A stretch of DNA of 55,433 bases, taken from Octopus bimaculoides. Lineage: Eukaryota. A program made the position numbers and the translations under genes. Below the pieces are notes generated by a model that saw only the letters and a list, made by a program, of their open reading frames with translations, was not told where the DNA came from and ran no database searches. Shown piece after piece: positions 10,466 to 23,378 of this stretch. Each line of letters begins with the position of its first letter. Position 1 is the first letter of the stretch. The stretch lies in assembly GCF_001194135.2 (NCBI RefSeq), contig NC_068996.1:3504681-3560113 (forward strand), given 5' to 3'.

Positions 10466-13400
10466 TAAATACTAACTCACGAATATTTACACATACACTT
10501 CGCCTATACGTTATACATACATATATGCATATACTTACGTGCTTATATATATCATGTATAATGTTTGTATTTATATGTGTTCGTCTGCTTCTATGTTTCT
10601 GTATGTGTATGTGTGTGTGTGTGTGTGTATGTGAATGTATGAATGTCTATATACAAGTGTATGAGTATACACATGTATCTATTAGTGTATATATATCATT
10701 CGCAGCATTCATAAATAAGACATAAATATGCATCCGATATAGTTGTGTCTAGTAAATTCCTTTGTTGTTGTTTTTGTATATGTTTGTTATTGTTGTTCTT
10801 TTTATTATTATTATTGTTTTTGCAGTTGAGTTGTTGTGTAAAGAATATTCGGCTTTTTTTTTTCGCATGAACAACCGAAATATTTGATACTAACATGCTA
10901 TTTTTTTAACAGTCAATGGGTGCACAGTCTGAGAGTTGAGTACATCGAAAACAAAACCAGACCTAACTCTCCAAATGCTTGATATCCGATCTCATATTCC
11001 TTTGGTTCATATTGCGTTTAACTTTCCTTCTATTTCGGAAGCCTTATTTGCATAATTGCAACACTGTAATAATCTAAGATATAATGATATTTAGCTTGCC
11101 ATCTATTAGAACATTATTTTAAACATATGTGTGAGCATGCAAGAGCGAGTGCATCAGCTTGTGTGCACGTGTGCATGTGTCTGCGTTTATGCGTTTTTGT
11201 GCACGTAAATAGTGTATGTATACATGTATATGTATGTATATGTTTATTCATATATATGTATGTATATATTCATATATATATATATATACATACATATACA
11301 TATATACATACATAAATACATACATATACATGTGTATGTTTCTTATGTTTTTGTATGCATGTCTCTGTATCTGTGTCTACTTTTATGTTTTGTAATCCCT
11401 TGTAAATTAGTAGTTTGCAGAAGGTAGTCAATAAAGTTAGTACCTGACTAAAAAAAATACTGTGATAATGTGACTGACTGGATATTTGACGGAGTATACC
11501 TCATCGTGGATGCAGTGCAATGACTTGAAGCATCAATAGAATAAGCTAAGAAAAAATATAATTACTGGAGTATAACATAAAAGTATATAAAACTACTTTT
11601 GTACTTGATAACTATATTCTACATATTTCAATTTCGAGTCTTATTTCTTAACTCGGTTATTTTTCAAAGTTATTCTGCTTAATATGCTTGGAAAATAAAC
11701 CTACAGCGTTGCAAACTTTTAATTGTAGGCACAAACCCATTCCCTGTATTATTGAGATTTAAGAAGTTTTGATATATTGCATTCTTAATGTAAAGTATAC
11801 AAATAATAAGCCAAACGTTCAGTTATTAGTCAGTCGCTGACATGATGTTTCCATTAGCATGTCTTTGTATTTGAGAATATTCCACTTAAAGAAACTCTTC
11901 TCTGGCCGTAGAACTGTAACCGCAGTAGGCTATTTATAGCGCGTAGATGATGAGTTCAAAAGTGAATTTTGCTTGGAAAGAGATAGTTATGAAGTTAAGC
12001 TTCCTTTGTACACTACATTAAGGTGAATTGCCCAACTATGATTTTGTTTTGTGCCCGTTTGTACAAAACGATTGCGAATAAGGCCTTTAAACAGAGCCTT
12101 GAAACACCTTTTAGCGTAAGATATCAACTCACAATGATTAAAAATAAGAAATTATTTTAAACAATGTAGCTGCCGGTTAATCAAAACTGCAACTCTTAGT
12201 CGCTATATTTTAATTTAAGCTATAATGTAAGAAAAGTCCGTCTGTGCGCTGAAATACAAATTTACAAGCAGTGCAATAAAAAGAAAAACAAAATTCCAAA
12301 GTATTCCATTCATATCAAACATTTATTTTTTTTATTTTTTTACTTCAAAATAAACAGAGTTGCATTTGTTTGGGTAGGCAAGAAATAGTAATTATTTTCT
12401 GGGATTAAAACGACAGCAATCATATTTCACCTCTCCTAAAAGAATAAGTGATATAAAAGAAATAGCTTCTACTGAAGTCTGAAACAACATTATGGTGTCA
12501 GGCTTTTGTGAACCTACCTCAGGCTCTATGACGATTATCAAGATTGTTTATAAATTATCAACTGGCATTAACAGCTAAAATTTATTTTTTAGCTTTATTT
12601 TTACACAGACTTTTATTTGTTTGTTTTTAGCTTCTATTTTCATAGTAACTACTCCATACTGTCAAAATCTACGTTCTTATCTGTTCATTCATTTTCCAGA
12701 CATATCAAGTAAATATATTCTTTGTTGAGTCAATAAACCACAAAATAAATACGAATTTTTACACATTTACTTAGTAATGTGATAGTTTCTTTTGAAGTTA
12801 CAAATGATTTAATCTTGGTTACTTAGCTAGCTCAAAATCTTCGATAAGATACAGCAAGAATAAAAATGGTGCATATCTTTGTGAGTTTACCTTTGTCAGG
12901 AGAAAATTTCTAGTATTTTACACAACCGATGAAAGTCGGAGGATATAGACATTTACTAACTTAATGCAGTTCAGTAGATGAGTTGAACTATTATTGTCTT
13001 TATAATACTGGAGAAGTGTACATGTGAATAAGGCGCACATGTGCAGCTGAGTCCAAGAAAACATTATTACAACACATTTTAATAGTTTGTAGTCATATTT
13101 AAAATCTTTTGCTGAACTTACTGATCAACGTATTAAACATAAGTTTAACTTAGGTGTATTTTATTTACGATGAAGACTTATTAAATATGAACTAGTAGCC
13201 TCTCTCCAACCTATACTTAGTTTGGCAATATAAATACAATAGACTTCTCTTGCCGATTAATGCCCCGGTTAATGAGGTGAAGCAAACACTGATCAAAAAA
13301 ATTAATTTACCGTTTTAGGTTTTGCAGTTCTTGTTTTGAACATCTTAATTTATTTTAAATGGTTTATGTACGAAAATCGAGAGCAACTATTCGTGGTCTG

Positions 13401-14019
13401 ACTTAGTTGACAAAATCTCGATCACTGAGATAAGTTGGTGAGAAACTTAATCGCTATCGTGAGAAATGTAAAGCCTAACGTTTCGAGGTTTGACCTTTGA
13501 GTAAGAATGAGAAATGTAGAAAGACGAAATGTCATTTTTGGTTATTCTGTACGCTTGTAAATGTTTTAAATATAAAAAATGATTTACTATTCTTCCATGT
13601 TTAATATCTGCTTAGGTAATCGAGAACAACGAGATTTGAATATCTTGTGTGTGAAACTACACATCACAGCAAAAGGAATGTGATAATTTACGACACTGCG
13701 TGTGGTACACAAGCTAAGCTTGACGGCAGTGACATACGTTTTGACTGTCATGAAAACGAATAAGTCTCTACGTTGATTGTCCAACCTATTCGAAAGAGTT
13801 ATCAAGTCTTACCAAATCGTATTCTGAATTCTGAAGCAGTAACAGAACATTGTGAAAAGTAGTTCAAGCTATATTATTTCTGAGAAGAGATGGGATGGCC
13901 ACGGTTGCAGCATTTTTCTGATCTGGAGCTAAATAACAACAGCACATTTTGGTTTCATCTGCTGATAATAATTTTTTGAAACTGGGCCGTAGAGTAAACG
14001 TATACACTATAAAGGTATA

Positions 14020-14060
14020 GGCGCAGGAGTGACTTATAGGTGCAGGAGTGACTGTGTGGC
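14020..14060 (+). mobile_element. Duplicated 5' head of the octopus-type tRNA-derived SINE
   Basis: GGCGCAGGAGTGAC then GGTGCAGGAGTGACTGTGTGG, matching the head of the SINE at 24014. Confidence 0.65.
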
Positions 14061-14344
14061 ATGGGCTTGCTTCTCCAGGTGCCGAGCCGCAAGCCCACTG
14101 ACTTATCCCGGTTAATTTTTGCTCCCGTTACCGCTTCGTATTCTTTTGGTCTCTCGCCGACCAGCTCGATGTGCTTTTGGCTCGACACTATGACGGTGAC
14201 GTCGTCCGCGTATGCAGACACGCTCCTCTCACATCCCAGCTCTCGTGGGATGCCCCTCAGCGTCGCCAGCTTCCACAGTAGAGGCTCAAGAGTCAATACA
14301 TACAGAAGGGCCGAGAGGGGGCATCCTTGACGAACCGAACGCAT
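14055..14344 (-). pseudogene. Tx1/L1-clade LINE reverse transcriptase fragment
   Basis: RSVRQGCPLSALLYVLTLEPLL...SAYADDVTVIV...GAKINRDKSVGLRLGTW. Confidence 0.85.
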
Positions 14345-14519
14345 GATATCTCAAATACTACCAGTGGCTGTGTGAGCTACGAAATCCTCGTCGCCACTGT
14401 TATGTCTCAACGCTACTGCTGTCTAGCACCTTCCGATGATCTCTACTCAACCGCTACACAATTGCTACTCGACTGCTATTCAACACACCTACTACCGCCA
14501 GACTACCTCTATTTATATG

Positions 14520-15300
14520 TCTTGGGAGATCCTACTTCTTCGCCTGGGGGCGTCGACACAACACAGATTAAGTTTATCCGTGGGAAGAAAAGCCTACGGA
14601 AAAAACCACGGTAACCTTGGCCAATAATGTAATGCAGAAAAACACATTACAGTAAGTGACTCACTTTTTACCTTTTTTTCTGGTTCATAGGTTTATGCTC
14701 AAGGTGGCTCTGTCATTCACACGTGCCATCCTTGCTACATTCACCCATCTTTTTTTGAAACGTTCACTAGACAAAACTTCTCCCTCTACTCTTAACTTTC
14801 TCTTCAAGTGATACTTGAAAAAATTGATGAGAGATTCACCAGAGAGAAAAGTGTTTGTCTCTAGACCTTTCAGACGTGTCCACCATACATATTCTTTGCC
14901 ATAACCACAAGTATGATGAAAACGGCTCTTCCTGTTTCAAGGAAGTAAGCGCGACAATATTCACGATAGACTCGTCTGATAAACCAACTCGTCCCACACG
15001 CGATAGCAGTCCTTCGACATAAGCCCACAGGTTGGAAATGGTTGCACACTGTACGAGTGCGTTTCATCGCTCTGTCCGCATCTTGGGCGGGTCGGCCCCG
15101 TGTTTCTCGAGCCATACCTGTAGAGCTTATTCCGAACGGGTAGCGCTACTCGATAGCACTGGTAGGCCAGGGATCTCTGTGAGTTGTCCATAGGTTCCGG
15201 CCCGAAAGTCGTCTTGAACAGGCGGGTCAGGTATTCCTCGTCGGCGCCGTTTCGCCTCGAGATCGTCGTCGTACATCCCCTCCACTAAATCCCTATAGAA
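14520..15300 (-). mobile_element. Tx1-clade LINE ORF2 C-terminus and 3' UTR
   Basis: DNSQRSLAYQCYRVALPVRNKLYRYG...PRCGQSDET (zf-RVT-like). The terminal peptide FFKYHLKRKLRVEREVLSSERFKKRWVNVARM is homologous to 29560-29740. Confidence 0.75.
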
Positions 15301-15538
15301 TGTCCTCGCCGAGCTCTACAGATCTTCCAGGATAAAGCTCGTCTTCTAGGCTGTAGTTTCTGGCTCGGAATTTCTGGAACCACCGTTGACACTGGCTTGG
15401 CTTATTGTACGATCCACATATAATGCATTAATATTCCTTGCACTTGCCGTTGCAGTGTTGCCTTTATTGACCTTATAAAGCAAAATATACCGAATATGCT
15501 CCTTTGTCACTTCCATTATAGCTTTGAGAAAAATAACT
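15301..15538 (-). mobile_element. Mariner 5' fragment, reverse complement of 15964-16178
   Basis: Identical peptide MEVTKEHIRYILLY...; I saw no nucleotide mismatch over 15301-15515. Confidence 0.85.
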
Positions 15539-15963
15539 NNNNNNNNNNNNNNNNNNNNNNNNNNNNNNNNNNNNNNNNNNNNNNNNNNNNNNNNNNNNNN
15601 NNNNNNNNNNNNNNNNNNNNNNNNNNNNNNNNNNNNNNNNNNNNNNNNNNNNNNNNNNNNNNNNNNNNNNNNNNNNNNNNNNNNNNNNNNNNNNNNNNNN
15701 NNNNNNNNNNNNNNNNNNNNNNNNNNNNNNNNNNNNNNNNNNNNNNNNNNNNNNNNNNNNNNNNNNNNNNNNNNNNNNNNNNNNNNNNNNNNNNNNNNNN
15801 NNNNNNNNNNNNNNNNNNNNNNNNNNNNNNNNNNNNNNNNNNNNNNNNNNNNNNNNNNNNNNNNNNNNNNNNNNNNNNNNNNNNNNNNNNNNNNNNNNNN
15901 NNNNNNNNNNNNNNNNNNNNNNNNNNNNNNNNNNNNNNNNNNNNNNNNNNNNNNNNNNNNNNN

Positions 15964-16693
15964 ATGGAAGTGACAAAGGAGCATATTCGGTATATTTTGC
16001 TTTATAAGGTCAATAAAGGCAACACTGCAACGGCAAGTGCAAGGAATATTAATGCATTATATGTGGATCGTACAATAAGCCAAGCCAGTGTCAACGGTGG
16101 TTCCAGAAATTCCGAGCCAGAAACTACAGCCTAGAAGACGAGCTTTATCCTGGAAGATCTGTAGAGCTCGGCGAGGACATCCTGCAAAACCTGGTGGAAC
16201 AAAATCCCATCGTAACTGTTGAGGAGCTAGCAGAGAATCTTGGATTTGGTCATTCAACCATTCATCTACACCTGCGTGCCATCGGAAAACGATCATCTTT
16301 GGTTTCAAGCCAAAAGGTGTTCTTCCATCAGGATAATACTTGGCCACATACAGTGAGGATGACATTCCAAAGGTTGGAGCAGTCTGAATAGAAAACGATG
16401 CCCCACCCACCACATTCGCCAGACATTGCCCCATCTGATTATCATTTATTCAGCAGTCTTCAAAATCATTTGGACGGAAAAAATGTGAACTCTGTAAACG
16501 AGGTCAGAACAGTACTGGAGGAGTATTTTTTGTCACAGACAAGTGAATTTTGGAAGAGGGATCTTGCAAGTCTACCATATAGATGGAAGAGTATTGTAGA
16601 AAATGAAGGAGAATATATTTTAGAATGAACTTTATCTTAATTTTGAAAAATAAAAGAAGTGTAAAAAACTGCATTATGTATAGGATAACCCAC
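15964..16693 (+). mobile_element. Decayed DD34D mariner with internal deletion
   Basis: MEVTKEHIRYILLY (HTH), then HQDNTWPHT...PHPPHSPDIAPSDYHLF with 34 residues between catalytic Asp residues (counted through one stop codon), ending ENEGEYILE. Confidence 0.9.
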
Positions 16694-16830
<137 letters not shown>

Positions 16831-17184
16831 ATGTATATATGCATTTGTGTGTGCAACCATTAACCTTTTTGAAGATATCTAAGTCATATGTTTTCTGGAT
16901 TTAAGATAATTGATGCTCTGATGACACTATTTGAACTGGATACACGTGTCCAGATCTAGTCTATTGTCTCCATAAAGAAAATGCATTATATATTTCTTAA
17001 GGACAAATCAGTTCCAGTTAAAAGTTGGTATTTCTTAGTTTTTCCTCTCCTCGTTCGCGGATACCACAAGGCGTTTGTATTATTTGTCTTCGAGTGAAGA
17101 TAATTTCAATAATTAAAAAAAATTCTTTCGGCCCGTATTTAATGTAATTTTATCCGGTGCTTTTCTCCAAATTCATTCTATTGT

Positions 17185-17400
17185 TCACTCTTTACTTGTT
17201 TCAGTCATTTGACTGCGGCCATGCTGGAGCACCGCCTTTAGTCGAGCAAATCGACCCCAGGACTTATTCTTTGGAAGCCTAGTACTTATTCTATCGATCT
17301 CTTTTACCGAACCGGGGACGTAAACACACCAGCGTCGGTTGTGAAGCGATGTTGGGGGGAATAACACAGACACAAACACACACACACACACACACACACA
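17185..17400 (-). mobile_element. 3' half of the octopus-type SINE (same family as 24014-24340)
   Basis: Reverse complement matches the 3' part of the 24014-24340 copy (GTCCCCG...GAATAAGTACTAGGC...GGCGGTGCTCCAGCATGGCCGCAGTCAAATGACTGAAACAAGTAAAAGAG). Confidence 0.85.
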
Positions 17401-18029
17401 NNNNNNNNNNNNNNNNNNNNNNNNNNNNNNNNNNNNNNNNNNNNNNNNNNNNNNNNNNNNNNNNNNNNNNNNNNNNNNNNNNNNNNNNNNNNNNNNNNNN
17501 NNNNNNNNNNNNNNNNNNNNNNNNNNNNNNNNNNNNNNNNNNNNNNNNNNNNNNNNNNNNNNNNNNNNNNNNNNNNNNNNNNNNNNNNNNNNNNNNNNNN
17601 NNNNNNNNNNNNNNNNNNNNNNNNNNNNNNNNNNNNNNNNNNNNNNNNNNNNNNNNNNNNNNNNNNNNNNNNNNNNNNNNNNNNNNNNNNNNNNNNNNNN
17701 NNNNNNNNNNNNNNNNNNNNNNNNNNNNNNNNNNNNNNNNNNNNNNNNNNNNNNNNNNNNNNNNNNNNNNNNNNNNNNNNNNNNNNNNNNNNNNNNNNNN
17801 NNNNNNNNNNNNNNNNNNNNNNNNNNNNNNNNNNNNNNNNNNNNNNNNNNNNNNNNNNNNNNNNNNNNNNNNNNNNNNNNNNNNNNNNNNNNNNNNNNNN
17901 NNNNNNNNNNNNNNNNNNNNNNNNNNNNNNNNNNNNNNNNNNNNNNNNNNNNNNNNNNNNNNNNNNNNNNNNNNNNNNNNNNNNNNNNNNNNNNNNNNNN
18001 NNNNNNNNNNNNNNNNNNNNNNNNNNNNA

Positions 18030-19980
18030 TATGGGAGAATTTACGAAACAAACAACAACAGACGAGGACAGGTGGTGTAAACAACAAAAGGATGTATTAG
18101 TATGACGCTCGGGAATACAGAAAGTCATTAACGTTTCGAGCTACGCTCTTCAACAGAAAGAATACGGAGACAAGGAGAAAAACACGGAGAGAAAAAAATT
18201 GAATAGTGTTCAGTCAACGGTCAATCATAATAATGGCTGACCGGAAGTTAGAAATTTTACACAGGAGAGCTAAGAAAAGGGGGAAATAACGAAGGGGGAG
18301 AAAGAACGGTGATCGAAGAACGAGGATCTGTGTGTGTGAGAGATAGAATGCTCGTGATCTTGACGTATGTATGTGTGAAAATGGGGAGGGGAGAAGGAGT
18401 TGGTCAGTTGTAGTGTGTGCTTGGTGTGATGTGAAGGCGTTGGGAGGTGGGGAAGGCATGGGTGGAGTGTGGGTTAGGCTGAGGGTGGGGTGGAGGTAGG
18501 GGTATGTGGGTAGGGTGGGTGTAAGGAATTGGATGGGGTGGAGTGGGAAATTTAAAGGAAGTGTGGTAAGTAGCNNNNNNNNNNNNNNNNNNNNNNNNNN
18601 NNNNNNNNNNNNNNNNNNNNNNNNNNNNNNNNNNNNNNNNNNNNNNNNNNNNNNNNNNNNNNNNNNNNGGGGGAAGGGGAAGGTGGATATAAGAGAGGGA
18701 GAAGGTGGGTATGGGAGGAGGGAGAAAGAGAGGAAGAGAAAGAGAGTAAGAGAGAAGAGAGAAGAGAGTGAGAGTGAGAGTGAGAGAGAGAGAAAGAGAG
18801 AAGAGAGTGAGAAAGAGAGAGTGAGAAAGAGAGAGTGAGAGAGAAGAGAGTGAGAGAGAGTAAGAGAGTAAGAGTGAGATAGTGGAGAGTAAGAGAGAAA
18901 AGAGTGAGAGAGAGTAGGAGAGTAAGAGAGTAAGAGAGAGGAGAGAAAGAGTAGGGGTGAAGAGAAGTGGGAGTGAAGAGAAGTAGGAATGAAGAGAAGT
19001 AGGAGTGAAGAGAGGTAGGAGTGAAGAGAAGTAGGATGGAAGAGAGGTGAATAGAAGTACAGAGAAGTAGGAGTCGGAGCAGGAGTAGAGAGGTGGGTTG
19101 GAGGAGAGAGGAGAGATGGGTGGGAGGAGAGGGGAGAGATGGGTGGTAGGAGGGAGAGTGGGCGAGAGAGTCAGGGGGAGGGGACTAGATGAAGAGGGGA
19201 GGGGAGTTGAGCCCATGTGGCGCAAAGGAGCGAAGAGAGAAGATTAATCCCTGTTCACGGCGCAAACGGAAGTCCGGATGGCCCCTGTGCATGGACAATC
19301 CAAACACGGACAGGTGTTGCTGCAAGGAGTGACCGGCAGAACGGAAATGGCGTGACACCGGGGTGTCATNNNNNNNNNNNNNNNNNNNNNNNNNNNNNNN
19401 NNNNNNNNNNNNNNNNNNNNNNNNNNNNNNNNNNNNNNNNNNNNNNNNNNNNNNNNNNNNNNNNNNNNNNNNNNNNNNNNNNNNNNNNNNNNNNNNNNNN
19501 NNNNNNNNNNNNNNNNNNNNNNNNNNNNNNNNNNNNNNNNNNNNNNNNNNNNNNNNNNNNNNNNNNNNNNNNNNNNNNNNNNNNNNNNNNNNNNNNNNNN
19601 NNNNNNNNNNNNNNNNNNNNNNNNNNNNNNNNNNNNNNNNNNNNNNNNNNNNNNNNNNNNNNNNNNNNNNNNNNNGAGGCGGGAAACGGCAGGGCAGGTT
19701 CGGAGGGAGAGAGCAGATGCACGGTCCACGGAACGTGCTCTGGCAAGGGCGGTGTGGATGGTGGTGGGTGGATATCCACGCAGGCTAAAGTGGCGAGCCA
19801 TGAGTTGAGACTGAGTCTCAAAGTCATGGCTGTCACTACAAAGTCTGCGTAGACGGAGGAATTGGGAATAGGGGATGGAAAGTTTTGTGTGTTTAGGGTG
19901 GGAGGAGGAAAAGTTGAGATAGGAGTGTGAGTCTGTGTGTTTGTAGTGGATGGAGGTGCTATATATAAAGTTCAATTAAT
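18030..19980 (-). mobile_element. 5'-truncated Neptune-like PLE: RT C-terminus, GIY-YIG C-terminus, long low-complexity 3' region, pLTR with HHR-like motif
   Basis: YKHTDSHSYLNFSSSHPKHTKLSIPYSQFLRLRRLCS (19975-19680). An alternate frame at 19370-19200 reads TPVSRHFRSAGHSLQQHLSVFGL...RLRREQGLIFSLRSFAPHGLN. HHR-like motif at 18126-18162. Confidence 0.8.
18126..18162 (-). ncRNA. Minimal (dimer-type) hammerhead-like motif with A6U core change
   Basis: UCUUU-CUGUUGA-A-GAGC-GUA-GCUC-GAAAC-GUU-AAUGA. Stem II is 4 bp, stem III is the palindromic AACGUU, and stem I has 4/5 pairs. Confidence 0.5.
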
Positions 19981-21224
19981 ACAAGTCAGCTTATATTATG
20001 AAGGGGATTTCTAGAAAGAATGAAATAGTGTTATACTGGGTTATCACTCGCTAATGTCAATATAATTAATTATTATTGCTATCCAAAGCAAAATTACGTA
20101 TTTATATTTTATGCAACACTTTCCTTATTTCTCAATTTTAATTTCAAACTTCTAATCCCGCCAAATATCATGAACAGATGTTTAATTACTTTGTATTAAC
20201 TCTCCGCTGTGGACACCACGTGCTTTGACCTGTTCCGCTGCGTAACAAAGAATAACTACTAAGAAATAATCACCGGAAACCAGTCTCTGCGACTCGAAGA
20301 ATATATCGAAGAATATATCGAAATCAGTTTGTGAAGTTTGATTCAAGTTAATTAAAATTAAAATGGTAGACGGTACAGTACGACACTTTCACAAGACAGA
20401 AATCATCGCAAACAGTTACCTTGTATGTAGACATGAACTTTTTCTCCTCCTTCGTTTTCTTAATTACTAACGTTGTATGAAGAAAAACAAACAAAAAAGA
20501 AAAATACATTTTGCATGGAGGTCTTCAGGGCTGTAATTGTTTGTTTCCCTCTATAAGAAATATCTTGCTTAATACAATATTTAATTAATATACTTTGGGT
20601 TAGCAGGATGAAGATTTCTAAAAAGAAAGAAGCAGTGCTACTCATAATTACCATTTGCTACAGATTCTAAGAAATTCGGGATAAGTAAGCAACAACAAAA
20701 ATAAAATGCATTCTATGCATCGTTATCCATATTTATTACTTTCCAATTTAACCTTTTAATCCCGCCAAATGTTATGGCAATATGATTGTCTCACTTGTAT
20801 TAACTTCTATTATGTGATACCACGTGTGTATATATACATGTGTGTGTGCGTGTGCACGCGCGTGTACACACACGTGCGTACATAATCAGAAATTCGTTGC
20901 CTAATTTGAAGTATAGCGAACAATGATTTCTAATCCTGTCAAAAGTTATATAGTTCCATTGAGTACAATTTATGGTCATATTTCCGGAATTAACCACGAA
21001 ATATGGTAGTTAGATTATTGACATGAAATGATAAAAAGCGATGCAGACAGCAGCGGTCGTAAAAAAGGTAAAAAGAAATCAAGCATTTCAGAGCTAAGGC
21101 AAAGAAGTATAGCCTATATCTGTGTAATAACTGCCTGACAATATTTAAGCTACCAAAAAAAAAAGAAGGCTTGTGTGACAGCTGTATGAAAAACCCATTA
21201 ATTTGAAACAAAAATTATAAGGTG

Positions 21225-21800
21225 ATCTAATTTCTTAGCCACACCTACGAGCTGTTTGAGCGCATAGTACTCAACAAAATTGAGGCGTAAGAAAACGAAT
21301 ACTTCCTCTCTCTGAGGAAATGGGATTTTGCTCCTGCAAATGGGGAATAAACTAAGAATGCAGCCCCACCCAACAGAGATGAAGTAGCTTGTAAGAAAGG
21401 GATTGAAAGAAAGGGATTGTTTTTGTTGACTTCTCTGTTGCACACAACACTGCCAATAATATGTGTGCTCAAAGCATAATGGAGGACAAAATGCTTTTTT
21501 GAAGTGAGACGGTAAAGAAAATGGACTATATATTCTAAAGAACGGTCTATCTTCAAGTGAACAATCCCACTCAGTTTAGGTAGACCATTTGGAAGTTTTC
21601 GATTCTTCTACTAATGATCAGCCACTAAATGATGCCAAGTACCAGTATTTGCTAACAATCAGGATTATAAAGATATCAGCAATAGAGTAAAGACTGACAG
21701 ATTTTCTTGATCTGCTAACACCCAATTTAGAAGAGAGCCTACTACTCTGCCAGTTCATGCGAAACCGACGTCGATGTGACACAAATGAAGCAAAACGCTA
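21225..21800 (+). pseudogene. Decayed non-LTR RT fragment (I/Jockey group, Ingi/Vingi-like)
   Basis: Hand translation FLSHTYELFERIVLNKI...LKNGL...STNDQPL, resembling the SLLCHTYKLFERLILNRI...KNGLPQG...YTNDQP pattern. Many stops and frameshifts. Confidence 0.55.
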
Positions 21801-21862
21801 ACTCCAATACGTAATGTGATTATATGTTTATATCCATTATATCCATTTCAGTCTCAACGGCC

Positions 21863-21865
<3 letters not shown>

Positions 21866-21917
<52 letters not shown>

Positions 21918-22002
21918 TGATAGAGAAAGAGAGAGAGAGAGAGTNNNNNNNNNNAGAGAGAGAGAGAGAGTGAGAGAGAGAGTGAGAGAGAGAGAGTGAG
22001 AA

Positions 22003-22051
<49 letters not shown>

Positions 22052-22100
22052 AAGTGATAGAGAAAGAGAGAGAGAGAGAGTGAGAGAGAGATAGAGAGAC
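21866..22100. repeat. (GA)n microsatellite with a small gap
   Basis: Seen directly. Confidence 0.95.
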
Positions 22101-23124
22101 GAACTTATTGCTCACAACAACATTGCCAATGAATTTCCAAGTATATGATAAGACGCATGTCCACAGATCCCGAATATTCAGCTAGTTTTCTGATCCAAGC
22201 ACTGATTAGAATACAAATCAAGTATGGAGAAAATAAAAATCTGGGTCATTTGCTTCTTGACATTAGATCATAGGCTGTCTTACACCTAATCTGGCGGGCG
22301 GACTTCCGTCTGTCATAAGGTAATCAGCATCCAGTGTGAAGAAACGCTGGTAATTGCAAATAGATGAAAACAAAGAAATATACTTAAATGAGTCTTTCTT
22401 CTTGGGGTTAACACAAGTAAAGTAAAAGCAACTTCGAGAGAAGAAAGAAAGTAGCCTACTAATTTCATCAAGAATGGAAATGATAGCAAATATATACTTT
22501 CACGTGATGTTGGTACCAACAGAGTAACGTTTAAATAATCGGCTGATAATCAGAGTTGACAGAACCAACGTGATACTCACTAAATGGTTATACAGCTTAT
22601 TTAATGACACGAGTAACATTCATACAGACTCAAAAATATGGAACACCCAATGAGTAAAACTCTAAAATAAGAACTGTTCTTTTTACTAACTTTTACTAGC
22701 TTGTGCAACAATAATGCAGAGAAATGCATTTAGCTTTGATTGTAAAGAATTTAGCAGTATGGGAAGTGGATTTTAAGAAGGAACTAAATGTCGAGTTTTC
22801 TGCTATTTGCGATTTACTGATTCAAGCATCCAAACCTTAGGGAAGTCAGTCGAAATTACAATGAAATGTCCAGCTTATAATACAGTTTAAAATAGTAGTT
22901 TCAAATAATAGTTCTCATCTAGTCATGAAGAGAATATGTCAGCTTCTCTAGACAACTTTACGGAAGATACTGCGATTCATTGTATGATAGATAAGGTTAA
23001 AGCATAGGTGTGTATACTAATAACGCTTAATTGGGAACCACGTTATTGACAGAGGGACCTCACAACGCAGAATCTTGAACCAGTGACTTTGAAAATAATC
23101 TTTGACTTAAAAATACTATCACTC

Positions 23125-23378
23125 TCGGTACATGTCCTCAAATTGACACCCAAACTATCTGAAGTGTTCCTACTGGAGCTTCCGGCACAAATACCAAGCA
23201 GTACGGCATATCGTTTCTAAATTTTTGGCAGGGTGAATTGCGTCATGGTGTTGCTTTTCTCACTGACGGTGCCTAACTGACTCTACTATAATGTGCAGTC
23301 GACAAAATAAAAAGACAAACAATGCGCATGCGCTAAATAAAAAATATAAAATGGCAACAATTTACACATCGCACCCTG
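23125..23378 (-). mobile_element. 5' end of a DD37D/maT-type transposon
   Basis: Minus strand begins TA-CAGGGTGCGATGTGTAAATTG, followed by the remnant MTQFTLPKI*KRYAVLLGICAGSS...LGVNLRT. The terminus matches the CACCCTG end at 1311. Confidence 0.65.

Noticed and set aside
13587-13660. RTE-type LINE C-terminal motif SRLPKQIL on the minus strand
   Set aside because: Only about 8 residues match, with no other supporting motif nearby.
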